From Amoebophrya sp. A120 (Eukaryota; Protista; Dinoflagellata): a stretch of DNA of 64,000 nt. The stretch's first letter is position 1. Each line of letters opens with the position of its first letter. The notes under the pieces were generated by a model. It worked only from the letters and a program-made list of their open reading frames with translations, searched no databases and was not told where the DNA came from. The position numbers and the translations under genes are program-made. The stretch covers positions 377,319 to 441,318 of the forward strand of contig CAJINV010000005.1 in the NCBI GenBank assembly GCA_905178155.1, in the 5' to 3' direction. Of this stretch, positions 55,954 through 64,000 are shown one piece after another.

Positions 55954-58695
55954 TCAGGCGCCCGCTAACTTCGCACGCGAAGAAGTCGAGTCCGCTGTTG
56001 CAAGTGGCAATTTCTCGCTGCCTGATTGTGATTTCGCACTTGTCGTTCTCTTTGCTAGCATGATATCGTCCAGAAGGGATTTAGCATTTTCCAAACAACT
56101 GTTCTGCTTTTCCCCTTCGTCACCCTCGCGAAACATCACTTCCATTTCGAAAAACCGTTGCAACTCTGCCGCATTACCTGCCTGCACTAAAAGCACTCTT
56201 CTTTTCGGCAAATACCGGTATCCAACCTCCTTGTGCAAGTTCCCGTTCTGGATAAAGTTCGCTCGGGCTTTGACGCAGGCCTGCCAGGCGTGGTGCAGAG
56301 CTTTCTTTCCAAGGAGGATTGGTTTCTGGTTATTGATCAGCTCGAGCTTTGGAGCTCGGTGTCGGTTCTTCTGCACCGGAACTACTTCTGCATCGCAGGA
56401 TGAAGATGCCGCCCCACTACTTCCCTGTGCGGCGTACATGGCTCGGGTGAAGAGAAACGGGCCAGCTGCGCCGGATGAATTGCCGTCGCTCTTTTGTGGT
56501 GCAATTCTCCTGGTTCCTTTACCATTGCCCCGCTGAGGACCAAAATCGCTACAATGGTGGCCTGGAATCGGCTGCAAAGCGGACTTGACCGCGGGGTTTA
56601 CTTCAGTTGCGTACTTCTCCAGGATCGGGTTCCATTTGGATCGGAACTGTTCGATTTGTTCAACCACTTTCGTGAAATTTGCAGCCACCTCTTCCGCCAA
56701 GTCCATCAACTCTCCGAGATCGAGGGCGTAGATCGGTTTTTCTTTTGCCGCTTCTCGCTCATCAAGTTCATTTTTTTCGTCATCCTCATCATTTTGAGCA
56801 TCAGCTGCATCTTCTATTCTCCTTATTGATTTCATTTTCCAATTCTTCACAGTTTCGTCCATCAAGACCCCCAACTCCGTCGAGTTGTCACCGAGGAGTT
56901 TCAGTTCCTCCTGCAAGTTTTCATTTTCCACATTCCAATCGAGTAATTGCCTGATACACCCTCGCCTGCTCCACTTTGGCGTGCTGTCCCGCATGTAGCA
57001 GAGCTGGAATTCCTTTGCGAAGTCGAAAAACTCCTGTTTCCGCCGCTCCAGCAATGGTCGACAGAGGAGCAAATTGTCGATTTTCACGAAGGTCTCGACC
57101 CCGTTGATGTGAACGACCGATCCTTTCAAAAGCTCCGCAATCCGGTTCTCGTCGACGTCGTCTTGGTGATGCCCGATTATGACGAAGTTGTTCTCGGTTT
57201 TCATCTCTTCGAAACAATTCTCGTACATCTTGAACCGAATTTTTTTCGTCACTTCCTCGTACCTTTCCCGACTCAGCCCGGTCTTCAGATCTCCGTGGGG
57301 GCGCTGGAGCTCTATCGTGTACGCGTAGAGGGGGATTCCGAGGCGGTTTGCGAGTTCTCTGACCCAGAACTCCTCGTGTTTCTGCTCCTGTCTGTTGCAG
57401 TGCCGCAGATGCAGAGCGGAGACTTTGCCCTTGAATTCCGGTTTGAGAATGGACAGAAGCGCCGCGTGCACGATGGAGTCAACGCCGCCGGAAAGGGACA
57501 AAACGATCCCGGTGTTGGCACTGTTGAAGATCGACGGATGGATTTTTGTTGCGGATGATTGTTCTGTGCGGAGAACTCGTTCCAAATCTTTGACTAGGGG
57601 GTAGTTGCGGAGAGAACTTCTGGTTTTTTCGTAGCACGATGCATTCCAAGCAGGCGCGAAGGGGAAAGGGTCGCTTGCAATTTCGTCGGGTTTCTTCATA
57701 CTTTTGGCTTCAGGTACGCACTGCGGGTCGAGATATCGAAATTTGTCTCGAAGAGGACCTCCGCAGAAGTTCTTCGTGCTCGTCGCATCATTTTGCTGGT
57801 TCAATCGGGCTTCCACAACTGCCCTCTCCGCCTCGTCATCCTCGACCTCTTCGTCAGAGGACATCATGCCATCCCTTCTTGGCACGCAAACCCGCAACTT
57901 CGCCTCACTCAGAGCGTAGTCCACGTACCTTTCTGCCTCCAGCTCGAGTTCTACTTGTTCCGTTTTCTCAATGAAAGCGTCCAGGAGGGCCAGCTCCCGA
58001 TCTTCGCTTTCACTTTTTCGCAGCGAAGATCTTTCAGCAACCACTTCTCGACACGCGGTCAGAATCGTTTTCGCGAGCGCAAACCCGTTTTCACTCCGCT
58101 GGTGCCGCGCGACGAGGCTCCAGAAGCAAACCTCAAAAATGTTGTGGATTTCAGGCAGGAGGGTTTTCAGTACGTCCTTGCTAGTAGAGCTTGGAATGTC
58201 TGGTCTCTGCGGTCCTCCTTCAGTTCTGTCCCCGAAAACCGACCGTAGCAAGGCAAAAGCGGTGTAATCGGCTTGAGCCTTTGCGTCCGCGTATGTGAGT
58301 CGCGTTATGCTTGTGGACCTTGTTGTGCCGGGCCCAGGCTCGGCCTCGACGGTGGATGTTGTACCTGCGAAGTCGCCTTCCCGAACCCTTTCCCAATAGG
58401 GTTCGATGTTTCTTACCGTCTGGTCAAGAAAGACCGCGGTTCTCAGGCGGAGCAGCAATCCAGTGGTTGAGGAACTTTGTTCCAATGGCGAAGATGAATT
58501 ATCTGTCTCGGACGAGACGAGAGTCGATAGAAACCATCCCCCGAAACTCGCATGCAAGTCGTCAAACACCTTTTTCGCCGAGGGCTTCTGGGCACTGAAA
58601 CGATACGGCTCGAACTCGGGGCTGAACCAGGTGCGCGTCCAAGCTTCGACAGCCTCGGCATCGGATCGGAATTCTGTCGTGGTCGTGATAGTCAT
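55954..58695 (-). CDS. tilS: TilS-like tRNA(Ile)-lysidine synthase (PP-loop ATPase) with DUF924-like N-terminal region
   Basis: IVLSLSGGVDS, RFKMY, IIGHHQDDVDEN, RPLL and DSTPKWSRRG. The N-terminal WF...AVFLDQTVRNI resembles DUF924. Confidence 0.8.
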   Translation of the reverse strand: MTITTTTEFRSDAEAVEAWTRTWFSPEFEPYRFSAQKPSAKKVFDDLHASFGGWFLSTLVSSETDNSSSPLEQSSSTTGLLLRLRTAVFLDQTVRNIEPYWERVREGDFAGTTSTVEAEPGPGTTRSTSITRLTYADAKAQADYTAFALLRSVFGDRTEGGPQRPDIPSSTSKDVLKTLLPEIHNIFEVCFWSLVARHQRSENGFALAKTILTACREVVAERSSLRKSESEDRELALLDAFIEKTEQVELELEAERYVDYALSEAKLRVCVPRRDGMMSSDEEVEDDEAERAVVEARLNQQNDATSTKNFCGGPLRDKFRYLDPQCVPEAKSMKKPDEIASDPFPFAPAWNASCYEKTRSSLRNYPLVKDLERVLRTEQSSATKIHPSIFNSANTGIVLSLSGGVDSIVHAALLSILKPEFKGKVSALHLRHCNRQEQKHEEFWVRELANRLGIPLYAYTIELQRPHGDLKTGLSRERYEEVTKKIRFKMYENCFEEMKTENNFVIIGHHQDDVDENRIAELLKGSVVHINGVETFVKIDNLLLCRPLLERRKQEFFDFAKEFQLCYMRDSTPKWSRRGCIRQLLDWNVENENLQEELKLLGDNSTELGVLMDETVKNWKMKSIRRIEDAADAQNDEDDEKNELDEREAAKEKPIYALDLGELMDLAEEVAANFTKVVEQIEQFRSKWNPILEKYATEVNPAVKSALQPIPGHHCSDFGPQRGNGKGTRRIAPQKSDGNSSGAAGPFLFTRAMYAAQGSSGAASSSCDAEVVPVQKNRHRAPKLELINNQKPILLGKKALHHAWQACVKARANFIQNGNLHKEVGYRYLPKRRVLLVQAGNAAELQRFFEMEVMFREGDEGEKQNSCLENAKSLLDDIMLAKRTTSAKSQSGSEKLPLATADSTSSRAKLAGA

Positions 58696-59453
58696 GGTTA
58701 GGGTGTTTGTGTGTGTGTGAACGAGGACCAATATCAATATGGGGTATTGAAGGAAACAAAGAGTTTCACCTATAATAAAAATACGGAAGATCAAACGAAC
58801 TCTGATACTAACGATGGGTTCGGGAGAATTCTTGTGCGCACTTCATGTCGTTGAAAGCTAGGTGTCGCTTACTGGGGTGTCCTGTGGGTTCGTAGTTGCA
58901 TCGGATTCATTCATCTTTCTCAACTTGGCGACGGGGGACTTGATCTACTCGGGAAGAAAGTTTGATCCCATGTGCCCACTTCACGTCTTTAGTCGGATCG
59001 AAAATTGGATCGTGCCATTGTAGAAGCTGTTGATCATTTTCATTTTTCTTACACAAGAAGGGATCGACTCACTGCAATTCATCACCAACATCATATTTGA
59101 GGATCTCAGAGCTTTCGCCTCCTTTTTATGCCATCAAGATCAAGATCGGTCCGCGTTCTTTCTATGATTCGATATCGATCTCGAACAGAATGCTTGACCA
59201 CCATTTGTCGTTTCTTTATTTAACAAAAGCAGAGAGTAGCGCTTGTTTGCCTCTTGATCGATTTTGTGCCAGAGGTGTCATACTATTAAACCAGAATGGG
59301 TCGCTCCACTAGTTGCTCGCGTTTGGGATTGATATAAATTGATATAAAAAGGTGAAGGTCAAGCGAAGACCCGCTTTTGGACATGGCTGTGCTCAATTTA
59401 ATATAATTGACACTTGCACATGCAAACAACCGAAGATTTAGATTGCAGTCCAC

Positions 59454-62400
59454 TTAAATCACGGGGACTGGCCAGTTGTAGTCCCTGATAACCCTTTCTG
59501 TGCTTTCCAGCTCCAGCCTCCGCAGTCTCGCCTTCTCCGCCGTGCGCGGGCTAAGGTCGGCATCCTCCTCCGCGTCGGCGTGCTTCAGGTCCCGCAACAC
59601 TTTCACCGACCGTCGGTGCGTGAACCAAATCATGACAATGCGCACATGCTCCGCCCAGTTTTCGACCTTGCGGTTGAGAATCTCCTGTTCTTTCGTTTTC
59701 AGCGACGCGTGAACTTCCAAAGCATCGAAAGTGAACCAGTTGTGCCAAACATTTTGGACTCGCATGTGCATCTTCTCGTTTTTCTTCAATCCGTGTTTCT
59801 GACAGAGTCGGTTGCTCTTCGGATCGTCCGGAACGTACCGCACGACCATCTTCCGGTTTGCCGGGGTATCCTTCTTGACCTTCGGTTCGCGAATCCCAAG
59901 ATCGCCGTCTGCCTCGACAAAGTCGAACCTAGAGCAGGTGCGGATTTATTTATTATTCAAAAGTACAACTAGAATTACAACTAGCAAATCCGCAGAGAAC
60001 CCTTTCGTGAAGCTTAGCAAAGTAAGAGAAAGAATTGGAATTTTCCTGAGAAAATAGCAAAGAGTCGATACTTGCCGAAGGAGCAGATCGTGGACGGGGA
60101 CGTATTCAATGCGTCAATGTGTTCGCGAGTTCGGACACCGAAATTGATAATCACATTGGTAGCTCCGCAGCCTTCCGGGCGGAAATACTTCGCGCAACAC
60201 TTCACGAAGTTCGGCATCTGCATCATGGCCTTTGTTACGTGCGCCGCCCCCCCACGATTTTGGTGCAGTTGATGCCACAGTCCCAGCAGGATATTTTCGT
60301 TCGGGCTACGTGTTCTGGTGGTTCTCGCCGCACCGTTGTCGTCGTCGACGGTAATGCCGTCGCGGGTTGCGCCTTTGATATTTCCGGCGTTGAGCTCAAG
60401 AACTTTCGCAAGCACCTTGTGCGCCATGAGGTAATGCCTCGCGCTCCACTTAGCAGCTGGCAGCGGCTTCCCGTTGAAAAGTTCGTCGACCTGGTTTGTT
60501 TTGGTTTTTCGGAAACTGAGGAGATAAACATGAAGCATTCACATGATGTGTGTCTGAGATTGTAGGTGGCATTATCTATGATTATGAAGTTGAACAATGA
60601 ATTACTACTTTCTACCACCTTTATGGCGACGTAGAGAGACAAATACCTCCAACAAAAGTTCTTCGTCAATATCAGTGTAGCGCTCCTCCTTTGCGCCGTC
60701 TGGTTTGTGTCGTTTCGATTCTGGTTCTTTGTCAGGGCATTCACCGTGTGCAGACTTTTCTGTCAAATCCAGCTTGAGAAAGGTTAAGAAATTCCGAAAT
60801 CGTTCCGCAAGTAGAGTTTTGCTTCGCTTGACCGCACTGAGTATCCTTTTTCCGCCCGCCGCCTCCTCCTCTTCGGCGCCCGTCAGGTCGTCCACGAAAA
60901 GCTGAATCTCTTTGAAGAGCGCAGGCGCCTCGACGTCCTTGTCAACTTCGTCGTCTTTGATTTTCGCCCTCAGCTGCGCACAGTCATCATTCTCGCCTTC
61001 GGAGTGCCTATTGCGTCGCAGAAAATACCAACCCCCAAAACACAGGAGCGCCAGATCCAGTCGCGACAACTGGTCGTCGGTGGCGTTCTTGCACTTCTCC
61101 ACAACTGCCTCGCAATACGTGTAGAGGCTTGCTTTGGCGATCTGCCACTCTCTTTCTCCATTTCCATCGGCGGCCACGAGGTTCCAGAGATCTTCGGTTT
61201 GGTTCCGGCGGTTCTTTAGCAATGCCCGCTTTCGTGGCCTCTTGATACTCGGGCAGAGGTACTCGAAGCAAGTGAAGAAATAGGTCGTGTGGATGTCCAA
61301 CTTGAGGGTCTTGCTGCAGTCGTCGGTGTCTTGTCGCGCGGGGATGAGGAGTTCGCAAAGCGTCGTGAACTGTTTGAAGTCCATGGCCATCAGGTTGAGT
61401 TCTGCTTCTGTTGCGGCTTCCTCGACGATATCGAGCTTATTGTTGAGCTCCTTTTCTAGGTCCTCGTAAGTCTCCAACTTGTCTAATTTTTTCCGCTGGG
61501 AAGGGGTAAAAAATGAAGCATTCCACTCTTTCGCGCTTTTGTGCTTCTCTTTTGCATAGCGGAAGGGCCTGCCGTTGATCCGCGTTGCGATCGTATGGGC
61601 CACAGATTTCGCTATGTCCTTTCCGCCGCTAGTATGCTGCCTCGGCAGTTTCTTCACTGCCAGCTCCTTCGTTTCCAGGCGTCTCTCGGCTTCTGCTAGG
61701 ATGGCCTCCGAGAAGTTGAACATCAGGGGAGCAACTTGGCGATTTTCCAATTCCTGGAACCCATATTCACTGGCGTGGGCGTCGTAGAAGGCCATCGCGT
61801 TGTCAAGCAAGTAGTCTTCTATCAAAGTGCAGAAATCTTCGTCGTACTTCAAGCGCGGGGAATTTTCGTCGTCTGCAGCGACCCCTTTCTGAATCTCGGT
61901 GATGAGCGGCGAGACAAAGCCTTTGATTGTTTCTTGCATGTTTTCAGGCAGCATCTTGCGGTCCGACACAACACACATGTCTCCGAGCTTCTTCTGCCAT
62001 GGGCTTTGGTAGTCACGAGTTCCGGATGCGTCGTGCAAGCCTAGTTTGATCCAATCGGTGACGCGCTTGGTCTCCGGGCTGTCAGGCTGAAAGAGAGGGC
62101 GTGACTTCTTGTCCCTGGCAACCAAGTTTGCATCTTTGTAAACGGCGAAGACGAAGGTCATCCAGGGATTCACGATGCGCACGGTTGGGTTTTCCGGGTA
62201 CAGGTGCTTTTCGGTGACGGCGTCCCCGCCCGCAGCACACTCCAACACAAACTTCTTGATGTCTTTTGTAACACTGGCCACAGCTTCTTGCTGCTGGAGG
62301 AAGGTTCGGTTGCAGGACTCCCAGGCGGAACTGATTTTCAGCACCTGCGCTTCCATGTTGCGTTTCTTATTGTAACTGTTTTCCGACCCGAAAACGTCAT

Positions 62401-63229
62401 CGAACACTTCCCGCGTCTTAATTTTGCCTTCGAACTCCTGCAGCTGGGCAAGAGTCATCTTGTTTTCCGAGCCCAGAGTGGAGAACAAGTCCCAAAGAGC
62501 CTTGGCGGCGGTGGGAAACTTTCCGCTGTGAAACTGCCACACACGCAGATCCCTGCTTTTTCCGTCATTTCCGTTCTTGCCATTCTTAATGCCCTTCTCT
62601 GGTTCTGGCTTCTTACCATTTTTTCCAAACTCCTTGTCCTTCCCTTTGAAAACTATTTCCTTTCCATCCTTCTTTCCTTTCATTGCGCCCTTGAACTGCA
62701 AGTCCTGATCTTTTCCACCCTTCCCGTTTTTATCGTCCTTCCCGTTTTTCCCATCGCCTTTGCCGTTTTTCCCATCTCCCTTTTTCCCCTTACTGAAGCC
62801 CGGTATCAGAAAGTGACAAACGCCGTTTGTCCATTCCTCGGCAGCCTCGCGCTGCGCGTCTGACCCTTCGAAGTTGTAAAGGCAGGCCACTCGCAGCAAC
62901 TCAACCAAAGCCGCGCCCGCTTCGCCGCTTGTCAGCTTTTCTCTGCCTGCTACGCCCGTGCAGTTTTCTATCTTTGTAAGAATCTTCTCAGCCGCTTCGC
63001 TCGCATCGCGCGGGTTCACGGGGTTTATCTTGGCGCCGTCCTTGTCGCTCCAGTCCCAGACGCAGTCCCTGAAAATCTTGCAAATCGGCGGGCTGTTCGG
63101 GTTTGGCTTTTTTGGCCCGATGAGCACGCTTCTATATGTGGAATGCTCCGCGTCGTCCTCGTAGTCAATTTTCTTGAAATAGACCAACGCCGCCGCCTTT
63201 AATGCTTCCTCCTCTGTGGGTGAAGACAT
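59454..63229 (-). CDS. Hypothetical protein, ~1158 aa, with GK(N/D)GK repeats; GT-AG introns 60491-60646 and 59929-60071
   Basis: Three ORFs join in frame through canonical junctions (LLLE|VDELF and SFGK|FDFVE). Confidence 0.65.
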
Positions 63230-64000
63230 GGCGTTTGCGTTTGAAAGAATGTATTTTCTGGAGTGTTGACGATTTGCATGAGCATGAAGTAAGTTAATTA
63301 TGAAAAGAATCGAGCACTAAAACTAAGGCATTCTTCCTCAAATTACTGGCAGGAAAGTTTTTATTTTCACTGCTAGAATCGGTAACCGCAGCTGGATCTG
63401 GAGCCTGAGGTAGAAAGGCGACAATAGTGCTGATTTCTTCTAACACGGACAGCTATATCATGACCTCAACGACCTCATGGATGTGGATCCCAATAGTAGC
63501 AGCCACCGGAGAGAAGCCACGAGATCAGGATCCAATCTGTGTCGTGCTCCGCATGACAAAGATCCTTCCCGTCGTGTAGGCAACTTTGGATCAGGCGAAC
63601 TACGTACTCGTTCATCCGAAACTGAGCGGGGACCTGTTGTGGAAGGTTTTCTTTCGCTTGTTTCTTTCCTTGGACCACTGAATAATTGCAGGGTCGTGGA
63701 TTGAAAGCTGGAACGTAGGAGACTTCATCTTCGATCGCGACCATCTTCTCAATTATAATGAACTCCAGTGCCGTCGGCTTCAGGAGCAGATTCGAAAAAA
63801 ACACCGAAATTCGAAACACGTCGAACACGTTAGAAAATCGTCGAGGTCGATAGATACTCTTAACTTGCTCGGAGATAATATCCGCAGTAAAGAACAACGT
63901 TGCACATTGCTTTTGCGCAATAGACTTTGGAGAGAAACTGTTCGGCTATTTTTGATGCGAAAGTTTGTAGTTTTCTTTCCACTCGCAACTCAAGTCACTT

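Noticed and set aside
59940-59993. Short inverted repeat TGCGGATTT...AAATCCGCA as another introner
   Set aside because: Only 9 bp, lacks TAT...ATA ends and a 5-bp repeat, and sits inside a canonical GT-AG intron.

Overview
This is gene-dense eukaryotic (alveolate-like) genomic DNA. The intron architecture points to the parasitic dinoflagellate Amoebophrya, which is an inference, not a database result. The main signal is nine 217-322 bp elements inserted in coding exons. Each has TAT...ATA ends, terminal inverted repeats (TIRs) of about 30 bp falling into four sequence families, and a 5-bp direct repeat on both sides. Removing an element plus one repeat copy restores the host reading frame in all nine cases, yet no GT-AG or GC-AG register exists, so they look like MITE-type non-canonical introns (introners). 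The families share an internal TTGTCATGC motif. Removing them reveals a Hus1-like gene (4 introners), an MsrA paralog (2), a glycosyltransferase-like gene (2) and a C3H1 zinc-finger gene (1). Ordinary GT-AG introns occur alongside them. Other genes: NYN-domain protein, ionotropic glutamate receptor-like channel, a second MsrA, ribokinase, glutaminyl cyclase, U-box protein, TrmB-like methyltransferase, TilS-like protein and several hypotheticals. There are two RNase H-bearing LINE remnants. All called genes up to 25.8 kb are on + and all from 30 kb onward are on -, converging on an AT-rich, LINE-containing gap. Gene models were assembled by hand and need transcript confirmation.
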